A DNA stretch of 64,000 bases from Bugula neritina. Its lineage: Eukaryota > Animalia > Bryozoa. Under the pieces are notes generated by a model, which saw only the letters and a program-made list of their open reading frames with translations, had not been told where the DNA came from and did no database searches. Both the position numbers and the translations under genes were made by a program. Positions 46,029 through 63,906 of this stretch are shown here, one piece after another (positions within the stretch are counted from its first letter, which is position 1; each line of letters begins with the position of its first letter). The stretch lies in contig OZ037768.1 of NCBI GenBank assembly GCA_964035545.1, forward strand, positions 10,758,741 to 10,822,740. The letters run 5' to 3'.

Positions 46029-47594
46029 CTTTTAACTTAAAGTATTTGAAAGTTTTTATACATCTGAATTTTATACATATATTATGAAGCTCAGGAATGC
46101 CCTACTTCTGTTATTTATATCATGAATATAGCTATATATGAGTTATATATACCTACCGTAGTTGTTTCATTTTTCAAATCTAAATTTTTCAATTTCATAA
46201 AAATTTCGCTAAAGCCAAAATGTTCTAATAAATGATAATATCAAAAGTTCTGCTTAAAATTGAGCGAGTTTTTGTATTCAAAACCACAATTCATATTATA
46301 AAACCACAAAAAGCTGTAGGTGCAGCTTATTTGTAACTTTAAAACAGAATTTATATAAATTATTATTACATTAAATGATTAATACTGTAAAGTGTACTAC
46401 TGTGTTTACTAAGGCTTAAAAATTAAATTTTTATGGAATATATTATAGGTTGTTCCCTAAATGTGCTGCTAATAATAAAAATATTTTCTCAATAATATAA
46501 GCCAAAGACTTTAAAAACACAAAGTAACTACAGCACATACCTCTGGCTACAGTCGACCAGTTTTAAAATGATTTTAACATCAATATGGCAAAAATAAATA
46601 AATAACATAAATAACAACAATATTTACCTTATGAAAAGTGTGCTTGAAATATATTCTACTGAAACAACCTCCACACCAGCTTTTTGTAAACACAATGATA
46701 GGTGGGGGCACTGAAAGTGTCAGTTAAATACAAAGTTTTTAGAATAAAAATGATTGGACCACAACTAGTTAATCTTTTGTAACTGCCATCAGCCATTGTC
46801 AGCCTGCACTGAGTGACCAGGTGTAAGTTTATTGAGTCTAGAGTAATTATCTGTAGCTGTGATGTAACTTTTGATTATTTGGCAAATATTTTAGTCAGGA
46901 AGGCTACCAAATTTTATGAAAACAAACTGTGTTACTATTTATAATTAGATTGATAGTATATAATTAGAGGAAATTAAAGTATTAAAGAATAGATTATAAC
47001 AGGTTTGGAGAAAAGGCATTATTTGCTGGGCAGTTTTAGAACCCTAATTGTATGTTAGCAAGTTAACTTATGCTTTGGGAATTCATGAGTGCTAACTGCT
47101 ATATGAAAAATGACTGTTGTTGCAATAACTTTAGTCTGGTTAAAATTTTCTTTTTGAATGATTTGGTTTAGCTGGCTTTTTTGAGAAATTGAGAATTCTA
47201 AATAAAAATGTCTTTTAGCTGTACCCTAGCCTTATTTTCATCAAGTGTAGTTACTGAGTATAATATATATACATCATCTTGACCTACAGTAAACAGGATG
47301 TTGTTGAAAGCAGCCTCCAGTTGGTTAATTCTATCCACATATATTACTGCATAACAACACATACTTAGCTTCTTTATAGCTGTAAGTGTTTTTGAGTTTC
47401 TTTAATTCAGAAAATAAATGAAACCAGCTTTGTTGCAAATTTTGTCCAATTTTATTTTCAATGAAAGACATTTATAATTAATAGATCAGAACTAAGACCT
47501 TTGACCTGCTTTGCACAGACACGTATTATTGATTAATAAATAAACACATTGATTCTCATATAATACAATAGGGTGATGGTGTCAATTCAGCAAC

Positions 47595-49317
47595 TCATAA
47601 TTGGAGAGATGATAGGGAAGGCTTTACACTACCACACCATTCATTTTCTCTTTCAATCTAAAAGATATACATGTATACAATGTTTATTGTTATCAGTATT
47701 ATGTAAAGCACACACAATTTATTATGTACCCTAATTGCCACAACAACACTACAAATGCTTCATTGTTTTGCAAGGGTCTAGGGAGTGCTCATATTGCTGT
47801 GAAATTGAGCTTTGAAAATAAATTGATACCTAAAATATTAAGTGGATTATAGACTAAAGAAAGCTAAAAGTATATTTAGATAATTGTTATGGTATTAACT
47901 ATGGCATAATGGAATATTATACCCGATATTCTTCAGCAGGAGTGAAGTCATTTTTGATATTAAAAGTTTTCCTTATCTCCTCAGGAGTTTTCCCTTCAAT
48001 CATATTGGCTACAGTCTTACAACCAATAGTCAATAAACTTTGTATTTCCAAATAGTTGGCTGCCTGCAACAAAGATACCAGTTATTATCTAAACATCTCT
48101 TTGCATCCATTTACATATCTATATTAGGAACAAATACATTTGCATAGCAATCTTTTGGCAAAATCTTTGTTTTTTACGAAATTATTTGATCTTTAATAAA
48201 CCAAGACTCAAAGACTATTACATCTTTTGATATACATGTTACAAAGCACGTAGCCTGCAGTTATTATTGGAATTCATTTCTTAAGAATTTATAGGAATCT
48301 GGTAAATAGTAACTAAATTGAAAAAGACGGATACTGTATACCCCAGCTCAAGCTTAACTTTGCAGAGTGGCCCTGACTGCTGAAATATTTCATTTCAGTA
48401 ACTCTGTTTCAATAGTTTTCACACTCCTGAACTCACTATAGAAGGTTCTTACCAAGATCAAATCAAAGAGAGTTCCCTGGTCTAGGTCAAGGAACTGCTT
48501 GTCCCATGAGCTGATATCATCTGTTGTCCTTGATCTGATGTCACACTCTGAAAACTGGTCATCCTAAAGCAAATGAAGGATTGTTTATAACAACTTTTGC
48601 AAGCATGTCATTGGTTGCATTTATACTAACTGAAACTCAGCACTGTTTTCAGGAGAGGTACTATAAAATACAACTTAAGGCTTATAGCCATTTGGTACAG
48701 GGTGCTATGTTAGGTTTATACAAACTATTTTGTAGCATATGTAAATATTTAAGCAAAAAGAGAAAAATATAATGTAGTTCATATGATATTGTATAGGAAA
48801 ATTGGTTTGAGTGATTATGCTAGAACACAGTGGTGGATAAAGATAGCAAATTAGGCAAAAAACATCTTTTTGTTGTTTACATCTAATTAATATTTACAAC
48901 TTAATATGCAATTTAAACTATATTATACAGCAGTAATAATGCTTTCTGGTGCAGATAAAAATGCATTTAAATTTTAGATGTAAAAATATTCTAAATTACA
49001 GAGCTGGATATTTTACGGTTTCAACTTAACTCTTGTTCCACATTGAAAAAAGATACTAAATAAGTGACTAATATAATATATTCAATTATTTACTGAAAGT
49101 AAGATCTGATTTCACTCACCTTGTGATAAGTGCACCATTGAATGACTTTATCTAAAGTAGCAGCATCTACATTAGGCAAGATTAAAGGATCATCATCTCC
49201 GTCATCACCCTCTCCAAGAAGTTCAAACATGTTCTTTAGAAACATAGACTGCTTGAGTATCTCCACATCAACCTCAAACACTTTCCCATCTAAACTCTGT
49301 AACTTTATATTTGACAT
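47595..49317 (-). CDS. Skp1 paralog B, intact (170 aa)
   Basis: Exons 49317-49120, 48563-48453, 48063-47923, 47657-47595; ...WCTYHK|DD...[18 protein letters not shown]|AANYLEI...|[20 protein letters not shown]. Confidence 0.9.
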
Positions 49318-51605
49318 CTCTTATAACTTAAGTAGAAAAACTAAAACTTTGAAATAATCGTTTTACCCACTGCAACTTTTGGCTGAATAAAAGCAAGTAA
49401 AATATTAAATTCAAAGCTCAGCGCAATCTCTGGCTGTTTAGCTTTTAGTATTTATTGCATTCAAATAGCTGGGTAAATACATAAACTAATCTTGCACTAT
49501 TCTGCACTGCAGGCGCTTGATTATAGCAAAACATCAAAAATATTTAAATTTTGAGGTTACAAATTAGTACAATCAGATCTAGCGAAGCTGTCTTATATTC
49601 ATAATATAATAATATATTCATAAAAACTCTTGAAAAATGGTTGGTTTGAAAACCTGGCTGCGAAATAATGATATTTACAGCTTCTTGCATTCATTCTTTG
49701 GAAACTTGGGAAAAGTTGCAACTCCAGTACAGAAAATTGATTGGTAGTGTATAAATAAGTTGAGATATTTTTAGACCTGATGGCATGACTACATTTAGAA
49801 AGCATTTCAGAATTGATGCTCTGGTCAGGTTAAATGTTAAATTACTTGATCGTCAGCACCTCCATGAGAAACTTAAAAAGCAAACTCAAATTTTCAGAGA
49901 ATTTAAAAACATAACAGCATCATTGCTCTGGAAATGCCCCTAGAGGGACTTGTGAAAAGCCTCTATTCATCCTAGTATAAATGCCAATTGCAATCTCTTA
50001 GTGGAATTGCCAATTGTAATCTTTCCTAGTAGGATCTCTAATTCTTCTGGTAAATATGCAGTATCATCATAGGAGAGATGGCAATTTTAATCTCCCCTAG
50101 AAGAGATTCGGATTGGAAACGTAACTAGGAGAATAGCCAATTTACTAATAGAAGATGTAAAATCAATTTGCTCACCTACCACAACAGCTTATTGGTTTTT
50201 GAATGTTTATGCTATATATGTTCATGTACTTTGAAATTATTCCCTGGTTTTAGTAGTGCCAGTCTGGTGTAAACACTATAAAATCCTGCGCTGGAGAAGA
50301 TTTACAGCTTTACTCTATTAATGAAACTGACTAAAAAAAAGAAAACCTAGTTGCATTGCAACTATTATGATACTATTATGATATAAACATTCTGTATTAA
50401 AAGTAGAAAACATAAAATAGCACATTTAATAAGATACAAAATGTAACCATTTTTATGTGAAGTCATTTTGCTAGAGCCATTGAGAAGTAAGTAGGTCATA
50501 CTAAAATTAAGTCCTCACTGATGACATGCTACACGCTAATTAGCTAGATATATATTATACTTATATAACAGTAATATTTTAAATAAATTTAAATTCTTTG
50601 TCTATCTAAACAGTGGCCAATTGTCTGCAATCTTGTTTGTCAAGACAACATAAGCTGCATATATATACATGTTGATATTACAGTGCTACTCTAAGTAATG
50701 GAATCTTTATTCCTAATAAGTATTTAGTAGCAACAGTCAAGCCTCTTTGGTTAAATATTGAAGAAATCATACCTGAAAGTAAAGAAATAGACAAAGTAAG
50801 GAAACATTTATCAGTAGTTTGACACTTAATATTAAAGCTGATACTTTCTGAAGTGGATCTGAAGACTAACAAGAGTGGAAGTTAAAACTAATATAAAAGT
50901 GTTTCCTGAGTTCCATTTTATCTGGTAGTTAGTAATATTTTGAATAGAGCAAGCATGTGTTTTATTAGTAAAAGTATACAATACTAATAGAATAATTGTT
51001 AAACAACTGATTTCAATTTCTCTGGTAAACTTAATATAAATTTGTTGAAATGTGATTTACTTATGTCTTGTACCAAAGCAACGCGATGATTGAAGAATGT
51101 TTCAAAACACCATGAACAGTGAAGTTTTGCTATATAACACTGATTCCCTTACACCTGTATCTTATTTAGTCATTATACATCATAGTAGAAAACAGAGTGA
51201 TGACTAAGCTAGATAATATATCATGTAATAATACGTGTTGAAAATATCTTTTCACAAGGTTTATTATATTATCATGCAAATATGCATCATAGATGTAGTT
51301 ATAACTACTTTTTTTAATTGCAACCAAAAACAACTTAAGAAGAAATTAATATATAACCACAACTTCTTACTGCATTTAAATCTAGACATTTTAGTATTCT
51401 ATTATTACAATTATTTGAATAATAAGTTGTTGAAACAGCAAAACCAAATATTCAAAAAATGTTGAATAATGAGTGATGACATAATGAGTGACACAATGAT
51501 GCCTTAATTGCGCGTTTACTGAGTTAACAAAGTTAAGGTTTATTGCTGCAACTATATGTAAACAATTTATGATTTTTCATTCAACTGTTTATTATAATGT
51601 CAAAT

Positions 51606-53635
51606 ATGTTTTTGCTTCTATTTATCTGTTTGATTAACCTGCTAGTATCCACTCACCTGGCAGTGGAGTTGTATTGGTAAGTTTTATTATTTTATAAATA
51701 TAATAACAAGTTAGATAATTTTCTGTTATTCTTATCATTTGACACTTTTATGCATGTTATGTTTTTGCTTTAAGTTCTTAAAATTTGACTGTAATTCAAC
51801 ACCAAAATGTTTACCTAACTAAGTGGGATAATTATTTGTTACAGCCAATGGGAGGTGATACTGTATAACTTCATTATACTTGGACTAGTCTTTAAAGAGT
51901 ATTCTCCACTGAAACCAAAAGCTCCAGACAGTCAAAGGTAAAATGTTGGTAGTTCAATTATGAAATGGGATGATAAGACTATATACAAATATAATACAGC
52001 TTAATGTAGCATTTTACATGTTTAAATGGTGGTTTGAATTATTGAATGTTTGTTTGGTAACAGCAAGGACAAAAAGGAGAAGGACTTAAAGAAGGCGGAG
52101 TCACTTTCAGCACACACCCCCTTATATTCTTGTGAAAAGACACCTAACAATTTCAAAGCTGTTGTGAAACCAATCAAAACTCAGGTGTATCAAGAACTAG
52201 GATCATGCACAACCAATGAAGTCAAGAACCAAATAAGTGTGATAGATGAGAAATGGCCCTGGAATGAGTGTGGATGTGCAGGTGCCTGCTGGCATGGAAG
52301 GTCCACTGCTAACATACCAGCTTCTCTTCCTTCACATACCACAGAGGAGTTAGAACCAGAAAAAACAGTGCGTCCCACCAGAAACCCGGCTCCTTTATCG
52401 AATCAACCCTCAAAGCCAATAATGCTAGAAGACTTCCTGAAAAAGTTTGAAGGGAGTGGAGCACGCCCAAAATTGCACAAACTTCACCTTCGTCAGGATA
52501 TTATCATGCGTAAGTTAAATTAGCTACCTACCTACTCCTTTCGATTTTATTACCTTATTGCGGACTTGAAAAATTTCTGGTGTCGCTTTAAATGCCATCT
52601 TTAGTATAAGTTTCTACATGGAATCATTTTTAACGCGATGTTACAGCAAAAACTGATACGGAACTCTACAAGATAGTGAAGTCCACTAAAAATTTCAGAA
52701 ACGAGATAGAACAAGCCACTCCCACTCAACTCAAACCAGCAAAGGAAGAAATGCGAGACACACGTGTTTCAGGGAAGAAAGTGGAAGTAAACTCATTACC
52801 ACTTGCCACTAAAAATCTCAAGGATTGCAATGGTACAATATATTTTCCTTTTGTTTTTGTTTTATCCCCACAAGTTTATATAAATGTAATTGCCGCTACT
52901 GACTAACATTGCAAATTTGATATGAGAAAACAATTTTTTTCCATTATAAACAAGAAACTATAAGTTGATGGGTTATAAGAAATGATAAATTAGTCTTCAA
53001 CTAACAATTTTAAGTTGCAACACATTTGATATATTATTTTGCAACAGAACTTGTACTGGCCGGTGGAGACTTACCCAACTCTCCTCTCAACAGTGTCAGA
53101 CAAGCAGTCAGGGAGAGACAACTACAAAAGTCTGTTGAATTACCTAATGAAGGACATAATGGTCAGTTTATTTGATTCAGTTATTAAGGTTTTATTATTA
53201 AAATGTTACTTTCTGATAAATAGAGTGAATTATTCGAACTTAATGAGTAAGAATTTGGGTGTAAAGATGGATATTTTCAATTAATACTCCAAGGTTAACA
53301 ATAAAGCTCAAGCTGATTTGTAATCTATAAATTAGTCTCTGTCAAATTGCTATTAAGAAATATCGAGATGAAGTTGTACTTAGACAAGATTTAAAATAAC
53401 TTCTATAACATTGTCAGAGTTTTCCATGTAGCTCAATATCATTTACCCATAACATTATGAAGCCGCCATTATGAAAAAAAACCGATAAAAAAATTAGTGG
53501 AAATATAATTATTATATGTCAAAAGAGATGCTATAATTTGTAGAGTTTGAATCAGTTCAAGAACCGGTCACACCCCGGAGCCGAAGAAATCGATTTTTAA
53601 AGTTTTTCTGTTGCTGTGTTCAGAGCAATGAATAA
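51606..53635 (+). CDS. Uncharacterised 333-aa protein: hydrophobic N-terminus, low-complexity middle, basic/CCC C-terminus
   Basis: Six phase-consistent GT-AG exons: 51606-51676, 51845-51937, 52064-52509, 52647-52832, 53048-53161, 53544-53635 (1002 nt, open). Confidence 0.7.
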
Positions 53636-54898
53636 GGTTAGGGCTCAAATTTATTAAAAGATTTTAAGAAATTTCAGTTTGTTCTTATCTATAATCTGTT
53701 ATATGTCATATATGACTCTTACAATAGCTTTCATTGCAACATTCTCTCTGTTATTCTTGTTTGCCTTTTCATTTCATCCTTAACTTGTTCCCATTATTTT
53801 ATATTTCTGTTTATTATCTAGGTATTCTACACAAACCATTCCATACTACAGCTAATACTATCTGATGTGTAGATGAGCTGCTCAGTCAACAGATGCTCAC
53901 ACCACACCCTCTAGAAACTTCTCTATGGCATTTTAATAGAATCCTCTTTGTCTCTTTTTTCTATTCTAGTCTTAGGCTGCTCAGAGACCAAATCATGCAA
54001 ATATGCATGCTGTGTTATATACTTTATTGAAGTTTATCTAGCCTAGCTGTTTTAGTTGCTTGAAATCTCTTAGTGAAACTTAAATTATTTATCTTTTTCT
54101 TTTCTGAATTATTTATCTTCAGTTAATATAGGTATACTAACAAATTAATAACTATATTTACAGCGTATAATATGAATTAATTTGAATTATTAAAAACAAT
54201 TCCTTGAAATAACTGACATCTCTACCTTGTGACTTTGTTAGTTTAAAAAACATATTAATAAATAAAATATTATATTGAATTTATCCAACTGGCACATATT
54301 CATTTATACATTGAATCTGCTATACAAATTGTTACCTGCATGTATATTTGAACACCAAATCACTACTCACAAATGATCCCTAAACATTGATTACACAAAC
54401 ATTTAATACTTTTATTTAAACTTTACTGTAAGTAGAAAAATGTGAAGGGTTTAGATTATTCTATTGAACAATTACTTGGCACTGAAACCAAAATTCCACT
54501 TTACACATAGGCTACTATTATAATTTATACCCTAAAACTTTTCTGATAAAATCTATAAAACCTGTTTTCAACAATACCACATTTATATGCATATTAATAC
54601 GAGTCTTACATATTTTTATCACTTTTTATTTAAAATAATAAACATTTATTAGTCACTTGAAAATTTATATGCTACTTCATACAACAAGCTTTGCTCTATT
54701 ATAATACAATACTTAAAATCCATTAATGAGATTATTTAACAGAAAAGTTCAACTCAAAGTATCCTTTTTATCAAGCAAATAAAATGTCAGCTAACTATTG
54801 ATAATAAATAGCGAACTGGGTAACAGTATTACATAAGTGTCCACAACTGATAGTTGGTAGTGATGTGTCCTTTCTATTCCTGAAGAAGCAAGAGCTCT

Positions 54899-57508
<2,610 letters not shown>

Positions 57509-60500
57509 CTTTTATAACTGAAACAAAAAATAAAATTCTTAAAAATTAGACAAATAGTAAAATACTACAGTTAGAGAGAGTCTTGATCCGGTCCCAGACT
57601 AAACGAAACACTCATACTAAATTTTCACAATTTGTTATACTTGTAGTACAAGTAAAATGTCACTAGTGGCTGCATATAAGGCTTAGTAAAAAGGTGTTGG
57701 CCTCAATGAATATTTTATAAGTAGTTGTCTTAATTTGCACTACATAGAAACTAAAACGTAATTATAAAATTCAAAACTTGCATTATATTATCACTGGAAT
57801 TAGGCTGATATAATTATTACTACTTGTTTAATATTATTATAATCAATAAATCAATAACACAAAATAATTTAATGTATAGTTATAGCTTGTATTTGAAATG
57901 CTTAGTTCTAGTTTTATTATTTGAAACAAATTTAAATTTAAATATTTACACGTAAATATTAAACAATCTTCATGAGTTATATTGATTCACATTATATGAA
58001 AGTCAATACGTATTTTAATTTTAAATTATCTATTGGATTTGTGGTTTGAATTTAATACTACTTTAAGAATTAGCATTTAGTTAAGCTCTCAGGTTAAATT
58101 ATTTATCTATATAGATATTTTCAATCTTTTACACTTTTAATTTGCAGTACAAGTCGTGTAACCCGGTACTTTTCCTTACAGCTAAGTCTTAGTTACATTA
58201 CTGCATGATAGACATGAATAAAAATTGTATTAAAATCTATTTTAAGCAAATAAACAAGAATATATGCATTAAACTCCATCACCATGCAGTGACAAACGGA
58301 ATAAAAACTGTGACTAAAATAGCGATGCTCTAACAAGAAGCAATTCTGTAATAATATCTAAACTTTAGTGTGTTGAACAACCAGAAAATTGTACAAAGCG
58401 CATGCTGTGGCGACCAAAGCAAACATTAGATGAATAATAAAATTAAAGGCATTACATGAACCAATCTTGAAAAAAAATTGCCACCCTTAAAAGAAGTCAC
58501 AGAGATAAAAAGTTTGTCAAACAATTAATTTTCGGAGACAGATGAGATGAACGAGGCCAAAGCTGAAAAACATGGTTTTTAGGTGGCATAGAAGAAGTTG
58601 ATTAATAAAAAAAAATAGCACCTGTACTGCAGCAAACCAATTCTGGTTTAGAGACTTAAAAAGGCTGAAATAAAACTTTAAGTTAATAAACTTGAAGTTA
58701 ATCAAACTTATGAATAAATGAAACCACCACAATTCATTAAACCTCACGTAGGAGCTATTTCATTCACATTTAACTAATTGATGTCTATTTTTTGAGGCTG
58801 AATGTACAGCTTCCCTTTTATCAATTTTTAATTTATATTGTTTATTCATTATATCCATATTATCACTATTTTTAATGTTTATTGCCAATAATGATCTAAA
58901 TAAAACTCATTGATCATGCTATGAGCAATACTAATTGGTATTTCAAAACTGCAGGTACTGGTACTGGTAGAAAGGCAAAGCTAAAACTTAAACTCAAACT
59001 GAATGTTCAATAAAACACAAAATGAAGTCAAATTGAGGATAAAGGATAGTTGGCTGTAAGACTAAGTGTAGTGTAAGCACAGTAAATATAATAGCAATAC
59101 TGTGAGTGTGTTACTGTTGGTTACATCTACTCCTAGAACTACTACTATTCTTGGCAGCAGTAGATCTAGTAGAACATTATGAATAATTTTAACTACAACA
59201 ATTACCATTACTCTATGTGTAAGAGTATAGGTTCACAATAAAACAGACTTGAAGTATTATTATTATTACATTTACTTTTAGTGATTTGCTAATAATAATA
59301 CGTAATAGTCAATAGTATTACTACTAGAGTTAAGAGAACTAATAGTAATACTGTGTCTAATGGCAATAGTAATGCTAAGTCTAATAGGCTAATACTTACA
59401 CTAACGAAACACTAATGATTACTACTTATACTAATAGTAATATTAATAGCAAATATAATAGCAAATGTAATACTAATAGTAATACTTATAATTTAAATCT
59501 AAAACTAAAAGCTACCTACACCTAGTGTAGCAGTTTTGTTAGGTCTGCTAGTAACCGCAAGCTTATCAGAGTAGGTTTAGGAATTCAACTGACGTTTTGT
59601 GAGTGTAGTTATTAGTATTTTATTCCAACTTATAACACTTTTGCTCACAAAGCTACACCGTGAAATCTAAATAAAATACACACAATATAAAGCTAAATAA
59701 AGTACAAGAATATAAGAACTGTAAGGAAATAACACACATAAAAATTATTAAAGTAAGCAAAATATTACTGCATAATAATTCATTAAAAATAATGTCAGCT
59801 ATAAACCACTTCATATAATATAAGCTAAATGTATCGATATTACAGCATTAAGACAATAAATGATAGAAAAATTAATAGCAGACAAACCTTTAGCACTTCT
59901 CTGATAACTTGATAATACAGCTTCTGCTCTTAGGTTTCAATAGATAGTAATATATATCTTGTTTAATGTAAAATTATAAGTAGTATAACTTGCTCTTTGG
60001 CTCTACTAATTGAAACTGATCAGGATAACCAATGCTTTCCAACAGCAGCAGAATAATACACAAACAACAAATAAACAAAATGATGTGTTCCAGTTCCCAT
60101 TGGTCACCCAAATTGCACCACCAGCCCCAAGTAATTCCAAATAAGGGAACAGAAATATTCTGGCAGATTTGTTGTCTTAGGCTTTTGCAATACACTTGAT
60201 TCATTGATTGTGGCTTTTGCTGCGCAGTTGTAGGAATTTATTGTTTTGTTTAGGGGCTATTAATATGCTATGATGATGGACTATGACACACGCACACACA
60301 CAGTGTGCATGTAAACATGCTGCCAGCTACTGCTACACCTAGAACTAGAAGTCTTAGTAAAACAATAACAGTAACACTAACAGTCAAGTGAAACCAAAAG
60401 TTAAACTTTAAGCCATTACTAATACTAATAGTAATACTAGTAATGACTAATGCTAATACTAATACTAATAGTAATACTAATAGCAAATTTAATATAAATA

Positions 60501-61189
60501 GTAATACTAAGTTTATTTAATAGATTATTCTATTACTCTATTAGCATTAGTAATGGTAATTTCATTAATAACAATACTAATAGTATTTATTATCCAGTCG
60601 TGCTAAATAAAATAAAAATATTAGATAATGATATTCATATTGACTTTGAGTTTGACTAAGATATAAAATTAAATGTTTATCATAAACAACAACCTTGTGA
60701 CTTTAGTTTATCACTTTTACTGTAGTATTATGTTACACAGACTAAATCACTAAATTGAAACTAAAATAGAAATCAGAAATGTAATCAGTAATCACTAAAA
60801 AAATTTGAGTAAATTTTAAACTAAAACTAAAAGTAAAAGTAAATCTGATCATAATCATAATGATAATCATATTTATAATGAATAATTATAAATCTAATCA
60901 CTATCAGAGTATCACAATCAGTATCAGTATCAGAATTGGGATTACTATTAATATTAGTATTAGTATTACTAAGTATTGTATTAAATTGATAATTATTTAG
61001 GTTGAGCACCGGTGACTATCACTATTGCAATTATAAGGCGTGCGTATTACTATCACTATTACTAGTAGTATTAGCATTGTGATTAGGCTATGCCATTTTT
61101 AAGTGAAGTGTTGTGAAGTGAGTTGTTTGATGCTACGAGAGTAAAACCAAGTCTCGGACAGTCCAAAAGAATAGTCGTATTTTGTTCAC

Positions 61190-61315
61190 AATATTACGTC
61201 AAGTAGCCGCACACTATATAGTTTGTTAGTTATGAATCCCCACAATACCCAACTTAGCATTATATATAGTATAGCATTATATCGCCACATCGTGACACAG
61301 ATAGATCACGTGAGA
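61190..61315 (+). promoter_or_regulatory. CpG-enriched CRTC promoter region with CRE-like and E-box motifs
   Basis: TTACGTCA at 61194-61201 and TCACGTGA at 61306-61313, 100-220 bp upstream of the ATG. Confidence 0.4.
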
Positions 61316-61409
61316 CACCCAGCGAAGCAATTTCCAAAACATCAACTTATCATTTGTGTGAAGTGCAAGTGAAGTTAGGTATGCGAAATAGTTCTTTCAA
61401 AAAAATGTG

Positions 61410-63906
61410 ATGGCTGCAAATCCTAGAAAATTTAGCGAAAAGATAGCGCTTATGCGTGCAAAAGAAGCTGAGGCAGATGCAGCTTTTCATCAAATTTTAA
61501 ATGAAGTCTCAGGAATTACAAAAACTTCCGACACGGTAAATTACATAAAATTAAAACTAAATAATAGTAAAACGTGGTTTTAAATCTATCGCATAGTGAT
61601 AATGACAATCTTATGACCCAGAGTCAGACTTGTACTTAGTCATTAATATTACAGTTACTATTAGTAATGCTATTGATATTACATTTAGTTTGGGCTAATA
61701 GTAATACTGACCGAGTGACAGTGCAATGCCTGGTAATCTTGAACTTAAAGAATGAGATCTAGGACTAGTCGTAAAAGTAAAACTAAAACAACTTGGTCTA
61801 CTTCTGTCTTTACCTACACTAACAGTAGCACTAATTCTAAGTTTTACACTTGCTTGTAAGTTACAGCCTACCCCTGTGTCAGAGTTGCCGTCGATGGCTA
61901 ATTGCTCACCCAATCACTTTCTCTTAATCATTATTTTGTAAGTAAACTTTCACTTCGAATAAATGCAGCATAACCATGCGGGCATATAATAATTTTAGAA
62001 CAATTATCAAAGAATAGTTACTCAATTACATTAACAATTACCATAGTTATAAAATCAAGTCATTAGTCATTATTGATTACTATTAGTATTAGTATTAACT
62101 TAGTGAATTAGCTTTTTACTTGCCTTCTGTAAACATGTATTTGATAAGTATTTATTTTTACTTTTTCATTCTCAAATAACTTCAATATTTTAAGGCTAAA
62201 TTAGTGTTTTATTTTTATTTTTCTCATTCACTGTTAGGTTTATAACTGATTCTGTGCTTATTGTTGATAACAATGCAAATTGTTAAACCTGAATTTGGAG
62301 TCATGATTTAAATATTTCGAACTCACAATAAAAAGTTAACGACTCAGTCTTGCAGTTTGAGTTTTAATTCAGTCAAGAATTTAATATGATTATTTGACCC
62401 ATCAACATCTCTTCGATAATGTTGCCACTTATAATTATATTTTATCAACAAAAATATAGTTTTAATTGATTGTAAAACCAAAAGAATTATAGTTTTATGA
62501 TTACCATTGTACTTGTAAATCATAAAGTTGAATAGTTTTATAAGTATAAAGCACAAAAGTGATAGTAACTCCACTTTAGGGATTATTTGAACAACTGTAT
62601 CTGTGATGTGTCTCTTTACCATGGTACTGCCTAGACATCTCCATTTATTTGCAGTAATTAGTTAAATTAGTTATCAAAAATAAACAGCATTCACTTAATT
62701 TTACTTACATTTCATCATAATTTATATTTTTAAATGACTACATGCTAGTGAATTGCTTTTGGAATTGCTCAATGCAACTTGTGAGTAGAATTGCCATTTG
62801 TATTTTTACTTTCCTGCATTCCTGGAGATATAATTGTAGATTTTATTAAGAGAAGGCCAAACTGAAGTCTTGCAACTTCATATGCAAGGTTATGCAAGTT
62901 AAATATAGTGCCAACCAGTTTTTATGTGATTATTTTAAAAAAGTTAAAAATGAAACAAGTATCTTTGTGGAACTCCTTGTAACTTTCACTTGCCAGGCCA
63001 ATTTTTTATCCGTAAAATATGCGATTAAGACTGTCTGTAGGCATGCTCTGTCATTTTGCCTATTGAGTGGACATGGCGATGGTGTATTTTTATCAACTAA
63101 CTATATTTACAAATAATATTTTAATTTATTTGTTTTCTCGCGACAATATAGATCAGTGATTTGTATGATTTGAATTCTTTTTGATAATTATATACTTTAA
63201 AATTTTAAATTTCAAAGCAAAGTTTCAGCTTTCATTAGTATAATTTCAATTTGTCAAGACTCATGTTTGAAAAATAAATTATCAAACCGGAGTTTTTCAG
63301 ACAAATAACTTTGTTGTTGCAGGAAGAAAACTTTAGTTCAACAGTATCGTGGTCATCATCTAGGTTAAAGCAGTTGGTATGCTGATTGTTGTCTGTATCA
63401 AAGTGATTGAAAATCTTGTTGTAGAATATACTTGTAGTTTTGTGTTCCGACTCTTGACTAACTGACTAGCTCTAGTCAGTTTAGAATATGATAGTATCCA
63501 GCACACCCTGCAGCTAAAAATGTTGTGATTCGTTTTAATCCGGAGTCGGTATTTATTGCATTCCCATTCGTAGTAAATGTGGATGTTAGATACTCAACCT
63601 CAACACTAGTTTATGATTAATGGTAACAAAGTTGAAATCATGTTAAACTGAATAATATGAAGTTGCTGAATTAAAGATATGCTTTATTTAATTTAGCAAA
63701 TACCACCATATGCTGGATTAAAAAATCTCATTCCTCATGGCAGCGCTCCGTATGCCCCATTTAAAACTGGGTCATTACCAAACATCAACCACTCCCTACA
63801 GCAGCAAATTCAACAGCAAAATGTGCAAAGACGTCAATGCTCACCCAGTCAACAGATGCTGTCACATGGTTCGGTGCCTGCTCCAGGTGCTGCCATAGAC
63901 CTCAAG
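61410..63906 (+). CDS. CRTC: CREB-regulated transcription coactivator (TORC), 5' exons; continues beyond the window
   Basis: Exon 61410-61535 MAANPRKFSEKIAL...EA.AAF..IL.EV (TORC_N); exon 63697-63906 contains GSLPNIN. Confidence 0.9.

Noticed and set aside
49930-50150. Repeated gccaattg/aatctc motifs
   Set aside because: Probably a decayed MITE; ends and TSD could not be defined.
59974-60204. 76-aa hydrophobic ORF between Skp1 and CRTC
   Set aside because: No recognisable motif or convincing splice partners; could be UTR or non-coding.
59280-61010. Low-complexity ORFs and (AATACT/AGTAAT)-like tracts
   Set aside because: Degenerate simple repeats with no coding or structural signal.
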